DNA from: an uncultured Caulobacterales bacterium
Lineage (GTDB): Bacteria; Pseudomonadota; Alphaproteobacteria; Caulobacterales; Maricaulaceae
Assembly (NCBI GenBank): GCA_964513675.1
Contig: CAZEOD010000005.1
Span: 11,061-75,060, forward strand
Direction: 5' to 3'
Length of the DNA: 64,000 nucleotides
The notes beneath the pieces are model-generated. The model was not told where the DNA came from. It worked only from the letters and a program-made list of their open reading frames with translations, and did not search any database. The position numbers were made by a program, and so were the translations under genes. Shown here one piece after another: positions 27,645 to 38,560 of this stretch (position 1 is the first letter of the stretch; each line of letters opens with the position of its first letter).

Positions 27645-28886
27645 TTAGCTACGATAATCCGCGTTAATTTGAATATATCCATGGGTTAGGTCGCATGTCC
27701 ACATTTTTGAACGCCCCGAACCTTGGCCTAGCTTGATGGTTATTTTAAGCTCTTGATTTTTCATATAATCAGCCCCGATGTCCTCATTATAATCCGGCGC
27801 AATCGCGCCGTTTTCCGCAACGCAATGCGGGCCAAAATAAAGGCTAAGCTTTTTCTCATCAAGCGGCAGGCCCGTCTTGCCAATCGCCATCATAAAGCGG
27901 CCCCAATTTGCATCTTCGCCGGCCATAGCGGTCTTTACGAGGGGGGAATTGGTGATCGACCGCGCAAAAACGCGGGCCTCATCATCATTGCGCGCGCCTT
28001 GGATATTGACTTCTATAAACTTACTCGCGCCTTCCCCGTCGCGCACAATTTGCTGCGCAAGATCTTGCATCACCTGCGTTAAAGCCGCCTTAAATTCATC
28101 TAAATTAGGGTCATTAGCGCTGTCTATAGCCTTATGCCGCGCAGCTCCGCTTGCCATTAAAATAACCGTATCAGATGTCGAGCTGTCACTATCAACCGTA
28201 ATTGAATTAAACGATATTTCCGTAATCTCACGCAATATATCTTGAAGAATAGCTTGCTCGATATGGGCATCTGTCGCGATAAAACTCAACATGGTCGCCA
28301 TATCCGGCATAATCATGCCAGACCCTTTTGCAATGCCGTTAATCAAAACAGGCGCCCCGTCAATATGTGTGAGGATTGTCGCAAGTTTGGCAAATGTGTC
28401 CGTTGTCCGAATGGCCTCCCCGCCCGCAGCCCAGCCATCTGGAGTCATATTTTCTGCAATGATGTCCAAGCCCCGCTCAATAGGCTCGAGCCTTGGACAT
28501 TGCCCAATAATTCCCGTTGACGCGAGCATAACAGAGCGCGCCGTACCGCCCAGCAGCGCCGCTGCGCTTTGTGCTGTTTTTTGCGCAAAAGCGTCTCCCG
28601 CCTCGCCGGTATAGACATTAGCGCGTCCGGCATTAACAACCAGTAGGCGCGGCCCCGGCGCAGGAATTGTCAGCGCATGTTTTGACCAGATAACGGGCAC
28701 GCCCGGAATTGTATTTTTTGTAAAAACGCCTGCGACCTGTGTGCCGCTTTGGCCTCTAAGCACCCATAAATCAGGGCGGTTTTGATAACGCTCGCCGCTC
28801 GCGCAGGCTGCCATATCAAACCCTGCAATCGGCGGCAGGCTTGGTGTTTTTTTAGGCGCTAAAGGCGATATTTTTAAGGCGCTCAT
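27645..28886 (-). CDS. argJ: Bifunctional glutamate N-acetyltransferase / amino-acid acetyltransferase
   Basis: 413 aa with the autoprocessing site context PDMATMLSFIATDA. Confidence 0.93.
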   Translation of the reverse strand: MSALKISPLAPKKTPSLPPIAGFDMAACASGERYQNRPDLWVLRGQSGTQVAGVFTKNTIPGVPVIWSKHALTIPAPGPRLLVVNAGRANVYTGEAGDAFAQKTAQSAAALLGGTARSVMLASTGIIGQCPRLEPIERGLDIIAENMTPDGWAAGGEAIRTTDTFAKLATILTHIDGAPVLINGIAKGSGMIMPDMATMLSFIATDAHIEQAILQDILREITEISFNSITVDSDSSTSDTVILMASGAARHKAIDSANDPNLDEFKAALTQVMQDLAQQIVRDGEGASKFIEVNIQGARNDDEARVFARSITNSPLVKTAMAGEDANWGRFMMAIGKTGLPLDEKKLSLYFGPHCVAENGAIAPDYNEDIGADYMKNQELKITIKLGQGSGRSKMWTCDLTHGYIQINADYRS

Positions 28887-28918
28887 GCGACGTCTTTCTG
28901 CGTTATATATAATAGCTA

Positions 28919-29917
28919 TTAATCATCACCATCAAGACTCTCAATATCCGATGACGGGGTATCTGGCGTATGAGAATTTGGCGTTTGGATGTCATCATTT
29001 TTAACAGGCGGCGGCATTGACCCCGCCCCTTCACGAAAGGGCTGACTATCAAGCGTACTGGCGACATTCAAGCGAATATCGCTGGCTTGGCGCAAGCTTT
29101 GGATTTTATTATTAATCGTTTCAAAGGTTAGAAACTCCCGTAATTCAGACTCCATCGCCTCAAATGATCTTTGGGGTGCGCGGCGTTGATCCAAAACTTC
29201 AAGAATATGAAACCCGTCATCTGTTTCAAAAACAGGGGCAAGACTTTTAACCGGAGTCTCAAACGCAGCCTTAGCCACGGCATCTGCTAACATGTCCCGA
29301 GAGAAATAGCCTAAATCACCATTTTTATTCCGCGTCGCTTCATCACGGGATAAAACGCCCGCTAGAACTCCAAAATCTTCTCCCCCTTCAAGGCGCTCAA
29401 GCACCGCATTCGCTTCTTCTTGAGTTGCCACAAGAATTAACCGCGCGCGCCGTTCTGGCCCCCGATCATTTAATGTCTTTTGCGCATCATATAGCCGCCG
29501 AATTTCATCATCTGTTACATTTAATTTCAGCTCATTTTCGATCACAAGGCGGCCATAAAGCTGCTCTAACACGGCCGCGCGGCGACGCTTAGCCGCTTGG
29601 CTTTGGTCCAGCGCTTCCGTAATGGCTGCGAGGGCTAAAACGCGCTGGTCAATTAATTCGCGAAGAGTGGATTTAAACAAAGCCGTGTCGGGGTCGATAT
29701 TTTGCGCTCCTGTTAACTCGCCCTTGGCCCGTGCCATTTGCTCAACGTCACTGAGATAAATTGACGTTCCATCAACGGCGGCGACTTCGACATCTCCGAG
29801 GCGCACGACTTTAGAGCCAAAGGGCGCTTGCCGATCAATGATAATCCGCTCTTGGCAGGCCATAAGGCCCGTCATGAGAACAGCTGGTAAAACAAGCCAT
29901 TTTAGCTGCATATTCAT
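28919..29917 (-). CDS. Periplasmic parvulin-type peptidyl-prolyl isomerase (SurA/PpiD-like)
   Basis: Lipoprotein-type signal (LMAC) and a parvulin domain GDLGYFSRDML...FHILEV. The ATG at 29917 has a GGAAGGG SD. Confidence 0.8.
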   Translation of the reverse strand: MNMQLKWLVLPAVLMTGLMACQERIIIDRQAPFGSKVVRLGDVEVAAVDGTSIYLSDVEQMARAKGELTGAQNIDPDTALFKSTLRELIDQRVLALAAITEALDQSQAAKRRRAAVLEQLYGRLVIENELKLNVTDDEIRRLYDAQKTLNDRGPERRARLILVATQEEANAVLERLEGGEDFGVLAGVLSRDEATRNKNGDLGYFSRDMLADAVAKAAFETPVKSLAPVFETDDGFHILEVLDQRRAPQRSFEAMESELREFLTFETINNKIQSLRQASDIRLNVASTLDSQPFREGAGSMPPPVKNDDIQTPNSHTPDTPSSDIESLDGDD

Positions 29918-30081
29918 AAACCCTTCCAATGGTTTGCCTTAAACTATCAGAATTTACGGAAAGTTACAGTCAAACCCTCTCACGCTCATTGACTTGACGG
30001 CGGCGCGTGCCTAAATCACCACAAAGCACTATAAAGACGCAGCCTTTTTCAAAACGGCCGCTTATCACATCAAGGCACAAC

Positions 30082-32817
30082 ATGCTCGGACTCGCGAAGA
30101 AACTGTTTGGTACAGAGAATGACCGCAAGCTGAAAAAAATCCGTCCCCTCGTTGATAAAATCAATGGGCTGGAAGATGGATTTATCAAGCTAACGGACGA
30201 TCAGTTAAAGCTGAAAACGGATGAGTTTAAAACGCGCCTTGGCGCCGGCGAAAGCCTCGACGATATTCTTCCCGAAGCTTTTGCGACTGTACGCGAAACG
30301 GCGAAACGAACACTTGGGCAACGTCATTATGATGTTCAGCTCGTCGGCGGCATTACATTGCACCGCGGCGAAATTGCTGAAATGCGTACCGGCGAGGGTA
30401 AAACCCTTGTCTCGACCTTAGCCGCTTATTTGAATGCCCTATCTGGACGCGGCGTTCATGTTGTGACCGTCAATGACTACCTCGCCAAGCGGGATTCAGA
30501 GTGGATGGGACAAGTCTATAACTTCTTGGGCCTAAGCGTTGATTGTATCAATAATTACGAAGCCTATCAGCCCGAGCGAAAAGAAGCTTATAATTGCGAT
30601 ATTACTTACGGCACGAATAATGAGTTTGGCTTTGATTATCTGCGCGATAATATGAAATATTCAATCGCTGAAATGCTTCAACGTGAACATTCATATGCGA
30701 TTATTGACGAAATCGACTCGATCTTAATTGATGAAGCCCGAACGCCGCTGATTATTTCTGGCCCAACCGATGACAAGTCTGAGTTTTACCAAACGATTGA
30801 TACGATTATTCCGCTGATTAATGATGACGGTTATGAAATTGATGAAAAAGCCCGCAGCGCTGCTTTTAACGAAGCCGGCACGGAGCAGATTGAAACCATA
30901 CTCCGTGAGCGCAATCTCTTAGAGGGCGAGAGCCTCTATGACATTGAAAATGTCACCATTGTTCATCACATCAACCAAGCCCTAAAAGCGCATAAACTTT
31001 TCATTCGTGATAAGGATTATATCGTCAAAAACGGCGAAGTCGTTCTGATTGATGAATTTACGGGCCGGATGATGGATGGCCGCCGCCTCTCCGAAGGCTT
31101 ACATCAGGCGATTGAAGCAAAAGAAAAAACAGATATAAAACCTGAAAACGTTACGCTCGCGTCAATTACGCTGCAAAATTATTTCCGTCTTTACGACAAG
31201 CTTTCGGGTATGACGGGAACAGCTGTCACTGAAGCCTCTGAATTTGCCGATATTTACAGCCTCGAAGTTTTAGAAATACCCACCAACCGCCCAATCCAGC
31301 GGATTGATGATGACGATGAGATTTACCGGACAGAACAAGAAAAATTCGCCGCGATCACCAAAGAGATAAAAGCCTGTCAGGAGAAAGGCCAGCCGGTTCT
31401 TGTCGGTACGGTCTCTATTGAAAAATCTGAACTGATTTCTCAATATCTCAAACAGCAAGGCGTGGAACACCGCGTGTTAAATGCCCGTTTCCATGAGCAA
31501 GAGGCCGAAATCGTCGCCGGCGCAGGTGTTCCGGGAACCGTAACGATTGCGACCAATATGGCGGGCCGCGGCACAGATATTCAGCTTGGCGGCAATCTCG
31601 ATATGCGGCTTGAGCAAGAACTCGCTGATATTAAGGACGAAACAGAAGCGCGCCATAAACGCGAGAAGATCGAATTTGAAGTTTCGGACTTAAAACAAAG
31701 AGCCCTTTCTGCGGGCGGTCTTTATGTTCTGGGAACAGAGCGCCATGAGAGCCGTCGAATTGATAATCAGCTTCGCGGCCGAACGGGCCGTCAAGGGGAT
31801 CCTGGACGTTCAAGGTTTTACCTCTCAACCGAAGATGATCTCATGCGCATTTTTGGCGGAGATCGCCTGAAAAATATGATGGGAAAAATGGGCTGGGAAG
31901 AAGGCGAAAACCTAACAAGCCGGTTCATGACAAAAGCCGTTGAGCGCGCGCAAGTCCGCGTCGAACAACGTAATTTCGACATTCGTAAAAATCTTCTGAA
32001 ATATGATGATGTGATGAATGACCAGCGCAAGCAGATTTTTGAACAGCGCCTTGAATTTATGACCGATGATGATGTCTCTGACGTTATCGAAGACTTCCGC
32101 TATCAGGTCTGCGAAGATATGATTGAAACACATATCCCCAAAAAGGCCTATGCTGAACAGTGGGATATTGAGGGTTTAACCCAAGCTGCCAAAGATAATC
32201 TCGCTATGGATATCCCATTTGACGCGTGGGCCAAAGAAGAAGGCATTGCGGATGAAGAAATGCTTGAGCGGCTTAAAAAGGCGACCGATGACGCCTTTGG
32301 GCACCTTACAAACGGGATTGACACTAGCGAAATCCAGCGCGTTGAAAAACAGATTCTACTACAAGTCATTGATTCAAATTGGCGCGAGCATTTGCAGCAA
32401 CTTGACGCGCTTAAAGGCGTGGTTGGACTTCGCGCCCATGGTCAACGTGATCCGCTGAATGAATATAAAAGCGAGAGCTTCACCTTATTTGATACATTAC
32501 TGACCGATTTACGTCAGGATGTAACGAAAACAATGACGCGCTTGCTGATTAATGCCCAAATGCAGCGTCAGCAGCAGGCGGCGCCTGCGCAGCAAAGCCA
32601 AACGCGCAACACAGCGCCCATGACGCCGACACCTGCCCCCGCGCGCGGCCCTATGGATATGATCGCCTCTGGCGCTATTGCAGATACATCTAAGACAACA
32701 TCAGATAATGGCGATCAGCCGCTTGACCCTGAATTGACCAAGAATATTTCGCGCAATAGTCCCTGCCCATGTGGATCGGGTAAAAAGTACAAACATTGCC
32801 ACGGACGTACAGCATAA
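30082..32817 (+). CDS. secA: Preprotein translocase ATPase SecA
   Basis: Starts [10 protein letters not shown]. It has DEAD-like motor motifs ([27 protein letters not shown]) and a C-terminal zinc site [14 protein letters not shown]. Confidence 0.97.
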   Translation: MLGLAKKLFGTENDRKLKKIRPLVDKINGLEDGFIKLTDDQLKLKTDEFKTRLGAGESLDDILPEAFATVRETAKRTLGQRHYDVQLVGGITLHRGEIAEMRTGEGKTLVSTLAAYLNALSGRGVHVVTVNDYLAKRDSEWMGQVYNFLGLSVDCINNYEAYQPERKEAYNCDITYGTNNEFGFDYLRDNMKYSIAEMLQREHSYAIIDEIDSILIDEARTPLIISGPTDDKSEFYQTIDTIIPLINDDGYEIDEKARSAAFNEAGTEQIETILRERNLLEGESLYDIENVTIVHHINQALKAHKLFIRDKDYIVKNGEVVLIDEFTGRMMDGRRLSEGLHQAIEAKEKTDIKPENVTLASITLQNYFRLYDKLSGMTGTAVTEASEFADIYSLEVLEIPTNRPIQRIDDDDEIYRTEQEKFAAITKEIKACQEKGQPVLVGTVSIEKSELISQYLKQQGVEHRVLNARFHEQEAEIVAGAGVPGTVTIATNMAGRGTDIQLGGNLDMRLEQELADIKDETEARHKREKIEFEVSDLKQRALSAGGLYVLGTERHESRRIDNQLRGRTGRQGDPGRSRFYLSTEDDLMRIFGGDRLKNMMGKMGWEEGENLTSRFMTKAVERAQVRVEQRNFDIRKNLLKYDDVMNDQRKQIFEQRLEFMTDDDVSDVIEDFRYQVCEDMIETHIPKKAYAEQWDIEGLTQAAKDNLAMDIPFDAWAKEEGIADEEMLERLKKATDDAFGHLTNGIDTSEIQRVEKQILLQVIDSNWREHLQQLDALKGVVGLRAHGQRDPLNEYKSESFTLFDTLLTDLRQDVTKTMTRLLINAQMQRQQQAAPAQQSQTRNTAPMTPTPAPARGPMDMIASGAIADTSKTTSDNGDQPLDPELTKNISRNSPCPCGSGKKYKHCHGRTA

Positions 32818-32860
32818 TAGCGACCGATTCTTAGACTCATCAGAATCATGAGCCTTATTT

Positions 32861-32885
32861 AGCCTGCAGAAATGCAGGCTTTTTT
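32861..32885 (+). terminator. Rho-independent terminator of secA
   Basis: AGCCTGCA-GAAA-TGCAGGCT stem-loop followed by TTTTT. Confidence 0.85.
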
Positions 32886-33076
32886 ATGCCTCAAAATAAA
32901 ATTTCAGCACGCCGCGCTCATAAAAGAGACAAAACTACAAAATTTGTGCACAGATGTAAGGCATTAACCATTTTGCACCGATCAAACCATCCCTTCTTCG
33001 TGACCTTTTCAACCCAAACTCTTACTCAGAATTTAACTGAAAAAAGCGGCCGGGATGCCGCGACATGGAGTAAATA

Positions 33077-33814
33077 ATGAAAAGAATTTTAACAACTGCT
33101 GCTGCTTTGAGCACTGTATTAATGGCCGCACAAACCGCGCAAGCAGGTGATATCAGCGTCTCTGTATCGGCTGATTATGTTTCCGAATATGTTTTCCGCG
33201 GCGTTAGCTTTGCCAATACCGCTATCCAGCCCGGCATCTCTATTTCTAAAGGCGGATTTACACTCGGCACATGGGTTTCAACAGGCCTTGGCGAGTCATC
33301 TGCCGCAGCCAGTGACGAGATTGATATTTACGGAAGCTATGGCTGGAATATTTCACCAAATCTTTCAGCAACAGTCGGCGCAACAATTTACCATTTCCCG
33401 CAAACATCGGGTGGTCTTTTTGACATTGGTAATGGCGATGCAAGCTCATTCGAGCCATATTTTAGCCTCAGCCATAGCGGCGTCCTATCGCCAAGCATCA
33501 CAGCTTTTTATGACCTCGCGCTAGAAGCCTTTACATTACAAGGCTCAGTGAGTCACAGCGTTCCTGTCGCCGACCAAGCAAGCCTTAATTTCGGCCTTAC
33601 AGGCGGGTTTGTGACATCAGATAACAGCACAGATTACGAATGGGCAACGGCATCAACATCGCTTAGCTATAGCGTTACAGACGCTTCATCGCTTTATGTC
33701 GGCGCTAATTTTAGCCTTAACTCACAAGACTTCCTTGATTTCCCAACAGCGAATGACATCACACCTGATGACAATCTCCTATGGTTCGGAACAGGTATCT
33801 CAACAAGCTTCTAA
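33077..33814 (+). CDS. Small outer-membrane beta-barrel protein (TIGR02001/Gcw_chp-like)
   Basis: GGAG SD and signal peptide ...AQTAQA. Alternating amphipathic strands, a YVSEYVFRGVS motif and a C-terminal ...STSF. Confidence 0.7.
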   Translation: MKRILTTAAALSTVLMAAQTAQAGDISVSVSADYVSEYVFRGVSFANTAIQPGISISKGGFTLGTWVSTGLGESSAAASDEIDIYGSYGWNISPNLSATVGATIYHFPQTSGGLFDIGNGDASSFEPYFSLSHSGVLSPSITAFYDLALEAFTLQGSVSHSVPVADQASLNFGLTGGFVTSDNSTDYEWATASTSLSYSVTDASSLYVGANFSLNSQDFLDFPTANDITPDDNLLWFGTGISTSF

Positions 33815-33841
33815 GCTTGAGTTTTAAGACAACTAAAACAG

Positions 33842-33868
33842 AAAAACCCTCTCAAGAGAGGGTTTTTT
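33842..33868. terminator. Bidirectional terminator between the OMP gene and accA
   Basis: AAAAA-CCCTCTC-AA-GAGAGGG-TTTTTT. Confidence 0.85.
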
Positions 33869-33899
33869 AATGCGCGCATATATCAATAAGGTAGGAAAA

Positions 33900-34862
33900 T
33901 TAACCCAGTAAGCTACGGCCTATATTCAAAAATTTTTCTTTGCGTAATTTTACACGCTCATCCGGCGCAAGCGCTGCTAATCGGTCAAGTTCCGCGCCGA
34001 TAGTTTGCCCGACACGTTCAATCATTTCCGCGCGGTTACGATGCGCGCCGCCAACAGGCTCTTCAATAATATGATCTATCACGCCAAAGGATTTTAAATC
34101 GCTAGCGGTGATCTTCATAGCCTTAGCCGCATCCTGCGCCCGCGTCCCATCACGCCATAAAATTGAAGCGCAGCCTTCCGGCGAAATCACAGAATAAATC
34201 GAATGTTCTAACATCATGACGCTATCGGCTGTCGCAATCGCAATCGCCCCGCCAGATCCGCCTTCCCCGCAAATAACCGACACAAATGAAGAGCGCATGG
34301 ACAGACCTTTATCAATCGAACGCGCAATGGCTTCGGCTTGCCCGCGCTCTTCCGCGCCGCGCCCCGGAAATGCCCCCGCCGTATCAACAAAGGACACAAC
34401 AGGCAGATCAAACCGCTCTGCAAGCTCCATAAGGCGCACGGCTTTGCGGTAGCCTTCAGGATTTGACATGCCAAAATTATGCACAAGACGCTGCTCAGTG
34501 GTTGCGCCTTTTTCATGGCCCATGACCACAACAGGGCGTCCGTCAAGCCGGCCTAATCCACCCAGCAATGCATGATCTTCGCCAAATTTACGGTCCCCTG
34601 CAAGCGGCGTGAAATCTGTAATCAGGGCTTTACGGTAATCAACAAAGTGGGGCCGCAAAGGGTGACGCGCCACTTGAGTTTTCTCCCATGGGCCAATCTT
34701 TTTATAAAGCTGCTCCAACTGCTGAACGGATTTTTCACGCAGTTGAGCAATTTCCGCCGACACATCAACGGTCTCATCCTTAAGCTCTAATAAATGTTCA
34801 ATTTTACTATCCAACTCCGCAATAGGGCGTTCAAAATCTAGATAGGTGCGCGCAAAACTCAT
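33900..34862 (-). CDS. accA: Acetyl-CoA carboxylase carboxyltransferase alpha subunit
   Basis: 320 aa with GEGGSGGALAI-type motif (ICGEGGSGGAIAI) and an N-terminal LDFERPIAEL. Confidence 0.96.
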   Translation of the reverse strand: MSFARTYLDFERPIAELDSKIEHLLELKDETVDVSAEIAQLREKSVQQLEQLYKKIGPWEKTQVARHPLRPHFVDYRKALITDFTPLAGDRKFGEDHALLGGLGRLDGRPVVVMGHEKGATTEQRLVHNFGMSNPEGYRKAVRLMELAERFDLPVVSFVDTAGAFPGRGAEERGQAEAIARSIDKGLSMRSSFVSVICGEGGSGGAIAIATADSVMMLEHSIYSVISPEGCASILWRDGTRAQDAAKAMKITASDLKSFGVIDHIIEEPVGGAHRNRAEMIERVGQTIGAELDRLAALAPDERVKLRKEKFLNIGRSLLG

Positions 34863-34945
34863 GGGCTTAGGCCTTTATTTATTACGCCCCTAACATAAAG
34901 CCCATGCTGTGAATAACAAGTCTCTTTGTAATGAAACTCCAGTGG

Positions 34946-35911
34946 CTATTTTTTATCCGCTAAAGGGTGAGAGCTATAGACAAGCTCTTTCAAACGGTCA
35001 TCGAGGATATGGGTGTAAATCTGCGTGGTTGAAATATCAGAATGGCCGAGCAAGGTTTGAACACTGCGCAAATCAGCCCCGCGCGTAAGTAAATGAGTGG
35101 CAAAAGCATGGCGCAGCACATGGGGGGAGACCTTTGACGGCGGCAAACCCGCCTTAACCGCGATATCTTTTAGATCAATCGCGAACATTTCCCGCGTAAT
35201 ATGCCCTAATTTACCGCGAGACGGGAATAGAAAAACATCCGCGCGTTTACGGGCCTCAATCGTTTTCGGCAAGGTGTCTTGGCGAACGGCAATCCAAGCG
35301 CCTATCATTTCAAGTGCCGTTTCCGTAAGCGGCACAAGGCGTTCCTTTCCGCCTTTACCTTTAATCATCAGGCAGCCATTCCCGCGTTTAATTGCCTCTA
35401 TGCGCTTCGGCTCATCCATTTTTAATATCGCCGCCGCCCGCTTTAACGGCGCAAATTTAAGGGAGACAAGCTCACTAACCCGCAAACCACCGGCATAGAG
35501 AATTTCTAGCATACATTGCCGCCGGATGCCTTTCGCGCTGTTATCCTGCTCTGCTGTATCAAACAGGCGCTCAACGTCATCTTCGGATAAAACTTTCGGC
35601 AAAGGCCGCCCGCGTTTTGGGCCGCGTATATTAAAAGCAGGGTTCGCGTCCATATCCCCTTCAGACTGTAAAAATCCTAAAAACTGCTTCAAAGCCGAGA
35701 GTTTTCGCGCGGTTGTCGCCGCTGATAATCCAGACCCTGCCCAATTTGCAAGCACAGCTTCAATATCTGGCGGCGTCAGATTTTCTGCCGCTCCTTTGAT
35801 ATGTCCAAACCAATCCATTAGATCTCGGCGGTAAGCCGCCAGCGTATTATCAGATGCACCGCGTTCTGCGCTCATCATTTCTAAAAACCGGTCAATCTGA
35901 CTCTCTATCAT
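34946..35911 (-). CDS. xerD: Tyrosine recombinase XerD (chromosome dimer resolution)
   Basis: R...HxxR...Y catalytic pattern (LRHAFATHLL, LGHSDISTTQIYTH). There are no flanking phage or IS genes, and the aroK-side context is conserved. Confidence 0.88.
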   Translation of the reverse strand: MIESQIDRFLEMMSAERGASDNTLAAYRRDLMDWFGHIKGAAENLTPPDIEAVLANWAGSGLSAATTARKLSALKQFLGFLQSEGDMDANPAFNIRGPKRGRPLPKVLSEDDVERLFDTAEQDNSAKGIRRQCMLEILYAGGLRVSELVSLKFAPLKRAAAILKMDEPKRIEAIKRGNGCLMIKGKGGKERLVPLTETALEMIGAWIAVRQDTLPKTIEARKRADVFLFPSRGKLGHITREMFAIDLKDIAVKAGLPPSKVSPHVLRHAFATHLLTRGADLRSVQTLLGHSDISTTQIYTHILDDRLKELVYSSHPLADKK

Positions 35912-37539
35912 TACTCGGCAACAGCCTGTGCGGGAACACGGGAAAGAAAATCATAGGCCGCTAATTCGCCCGCTTCACGGGCTAATCCAGCGTCCGACAG
36001 GGCCGAAACATAGCTATAAATTTCCAGTTCTGATAAATCAGTCACCTCTCGAGAGCCAATATCATGAGCAATCATCATTAGAACATGTGCCCGCGCACCC
36101 GATTTTGCGGCGCTATTTAATTGCGCAAGACGCGCAGGATTTATAGCATCTGAGGCCTTATACTCATTGAAAACATTAAAGGTCGTTTCAGACATCTGCG
36201 CCCCAAGGCCGAGGCCAATAAACGCATCGCGCCGTGCATTGCGCCGCGTATCACCTTCGCCCGTTAGCCTCGTTTCGATATCGAGCCCTAATGGCCCGAG
36301 TAAAAACCCATTGCCAAGCGCATCGGAGGCAAGCGCAATGCGTCCCGCCAACGGCTCATTCGGATCAAGCGCTTGATAAATCCCGCGAAGCGTTGATAAA
36401 TCACCGCGCCGCAGCGCTGCCCATGTAAAGCGGCGGGCATCTAATTGAGCTTGATCTTCGGCGCTAACAAAGCTCAGAGCTTCACCCAAAAGCTGCGTCA
36501 TTTGCGGCACAAAACCAACTGTTTCGGACAGATTTAACAGCGCTGCAACAGCTTGGGACGCCGCTTGAGGGTCACTATAATTAACCGCCAAATTATAAAG
36601 CTGCGCGGTTGATTTCGCCTGCGTGTCAGGGTCTTGCAACCCTGCCAAAGCCGTATCAATATCAAAACTCGCCCCGCCCGCGAGGTCATCCGCATCAAAT
36701 AAAAGCGATGACATAATGGATGTCATATCTTGCGGCGTGAGGCGGTTTTGCGTTTTAAACATTGCGGCCAAACGCTCATTTGGCCGCTTATCCGTATTAC
36801 GCGTCATCGCAAGATAGTCATTCACCGACACCGCCTTATCAGGGGCCATCAAGGCGCTGAGCCTATCCAACAGCGGGTCTCCTGCGGCTATATTTTTCGG
36901 TGGATTTTTGCGAAGGCCAAGCACGGCATCTGATAAGGCGATGAAGTCGGGATTAATGTCATCGCGCTCTCGCATCAAATTCAGCGTTAATTCTGCGGCC
37001 GCCCCTTCATCGCGGCTGATGTGGCATATAATCCGCATCTGCATCCAAAACGGCGCGCTGCGGTTATCAATTTCGCGGTCAGATTCGCGGCAGGCTGCCT
37101 CTTGATCGCCAGAGGCCAAGGCCAGTTGCGTTCGAAAACTTGCCTCTCTTTGTAGCGGGTTTTGCGGATCAGATAAACTCTTCAGCGCTGTATAATCTTG
37201 CAATCGGAGCTTGGCTTGCGTTTTCACCCTTAAGTAATTTTGCCGCGCATCCTCATCACCCTCTGGCGGTACGCCTGCTGATAATAAAACACGGCGCATA
37301 AACGCTTTAGGAAGCTCTGAAAGCTGAGCGAAATTAACGCTCTCTATGGCTTGGCTGGCCTGCGCGGCGGAAACGCCTTGCCACAGCGCGGGATCAAGCC
37401 CGCCATTGCTCGGGTTAAGGGGTTCAGAATCATAGCGCTGCGCGGCGCCAAGTTGACCAATATCGACCTGCGCAGAAACAGGCAAAACCGCACAAAACGG
37501 CATAAGACCAAAACAAGCAGATAATAAAGCACGGCGCAT
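35911..37539 (-). CDS. Secreted protein of unknown function (about 540 aa, Ala/Leu-rich, probably helical repeat)
   Basis: Signal peptide MRRALLSACFGLMPFCAVLPVSAQ. A TAATG overlap joins it to xerD. No recognisable catalytic motif. Confidence 0.6.
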   Translation of the reverse strand: MRRALLSACFGLMPFCAVLPVSAQVDIGQLGAAQRYDSEPLNPSNGGLDPALWQGVSAAQASQAIESVNFAQLSELPKAFMRRVLLSAGVPPEGDEDARQNYLRVKTQAKLRLQDYTALKSLSDPQNPLQREASFRTQLALASGDQEAACRESDREIDNRSAPFWMQMRIICHISRDEGAAAELTLNLMRERDDINPDFIALSDAVLGLRKNPPKNIAAGDPLLDRLSALMAPDKAVSVNDYLAMTRNTDKRPNERLAAMFKTQNRLTPQDMTSIMSSLLFDADDLAGGASFDIDTALAGLQDPDTQAKSTAQLYNLAVNYSDPQAASQAVAALLNLSETVGFVPQMTQLLGEALSFVSAEDQAQLDARRFTWAALRRGDLSTLRGIYQALDPNEPLAGRIALASDALGNGFLLGPLGLDIETRLTGEGDTRRNARRDAFIGLGLGAQMSETTFNVFNEYKASDAINPARLAQLNSAAKSGARAHVLMMIAHDIGSREVTDLSELEIYSYVSALSDAGLAREAGELAAYDFLSRVPAQAVAE

Positions 37540-37543
37540 GATC

Positions 37544-37684
37544 TTATGTCCCCGGATCAATCGGTAAAGTCACTGTAACATCCGTTTGGTCTGCATGTTC
37601 AGCCCCGCCTTGCGACATTAACCAAAAATATACACCGCATAACAGAAGACATAAAACGCCAAAGGCGAGCAATAACTTTTTCAT
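37544..37684 (-). CDS. Candidate 46-aa single-TM small protein, below the ORF-track length cutoff
   Basis: Hand translation gives MKKLLLAFGVLCLLLCGVYFWLMSQGGAEHADQTDVTVTLPIDPGT. A GAGGG SD lies 6 nt upstream of the ATG. The stop is 4 nt before the next gene's ATG. Confidence 0.4.
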   Translation of the reverse strand: MKKLLLAFGVLCLLLCGVYFWLMSQGGAEHADQTDVTVTLPIDPGT

Positions 37685-37885
37685 AGAACCCTCAATTAAA
37701 CTATATGACTGCCATAGCCTTGAAAAATTTTCGCCGCGCTATTGAGCGAAACTAGATTTATCGCCATAGTAGAAGAAATTTGAACATTAGCCAGAGCGAA
37801 GACCCATAATTTTTGTTAAGGCAAAGCGCAACATATGATGTCTTTGGATGTAAAGCCATAAGACGTGAGAGGGTAAAGGCAGACT

Positions 37886-38560
37886 ATGCCGATTGAGATT
37901 GATAGACCCATAGCCCTTGTGGGCCTTATGGGTGTGGGCAAGACAACCATCGGGCGACGTCTTGCGGCAAAATTAGATTTGCCATTCCACGATTCAGATG
38001 AAGAGATTGAGACCGCATCTCGGCGGACGATTTCAGGCTATTTTCGGGATCACGGCGAAGCTGCGTTCCGCGAGGGCGAATGCCGCGTTATTACACGTCT
38101 GCTGGACTATAAGCCTATTATTTTAGGAACGGGCGGCGGCGCCTTTATCTATCCGGAGACACAAAAGGTCTTGCTGGATAATGCCTTGACCATATGGCTT
38201 AAAGGCGACTTTGAAACGCTGTTTGAGCGCGTCAGCCGAAAAGATACGCGCCCGCTCTTACAAGTTCCTGACCCCGCGGGCACATATAAAAAATTAATGG
38301 ATGAACGTTACCCTATTTACGCTAAAGCGCATATCACTGTGGATATCGCGAAAGGCCCACATCTTCGCACGGTCAACCGCGTCATGCGCGCGATTGAGGT
38401 TTATCTGGCAGAAGAAAGTGGACAACCGCTGAAAAAACGGCGCAAACCTCGCCGCCGCTTACGCCGTAGACGACAAAAAATAGCAAAAAGCCAAGTTCTG
38501 GACACAACAGCGCCAAAACCTGTCGATGTAGACATAGCTAGCCCGAAAGCCGACGCATGA
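37886..38560 (+). CDS. aroK: Shikimate kinase with an Arg/Lys-rich C-terminal extension of about 50 aa
   Basis: P-loop GLMGVGKTTIG and an SKI fold. The tail reads KKRRKPRRRLRRRRQK. An ATGA overlap joins it to aroB. Confidence 0.9.
   Translation: MPIEIDRPIALVGLMGVGKTTIGRRLAAKLDLPFHDSDEEIETASRRTISGYFRDHGEAAFREGECRVITRLLDYKPIILGTGGGAFIYPETQKVLLDNALTIWLKGDFETLFERVSRKDTRPLLQVPDPAGTYKKLMDERYPIYAKAHITVDIAKGPHLRTVNRVMRAIEVYLAEESGQPLKKRRKPRRRLRRRRQKIAKSQVLDTTAPKPVDVDIASPKADA

Noticed and set aside
32886-33077. 63-aa ORF between the secA terminator and the OMP gene
   Set aside because: It begins inside the terminator T-tract, has no SD, and ends exactly where the OMP gene's SD and ATG lie. It is most likely just the OMP promoter and leader.
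34946-35911. A tyrosine recombinase as a marker of an integrated mobile element or prophage
   Set aside because: The sequence and context fit housekeeping XerD, with conserved placement near aroK-aroB and accA. I saw no att-like repeats, tRNA gene, phage genes or IS genes nearby.
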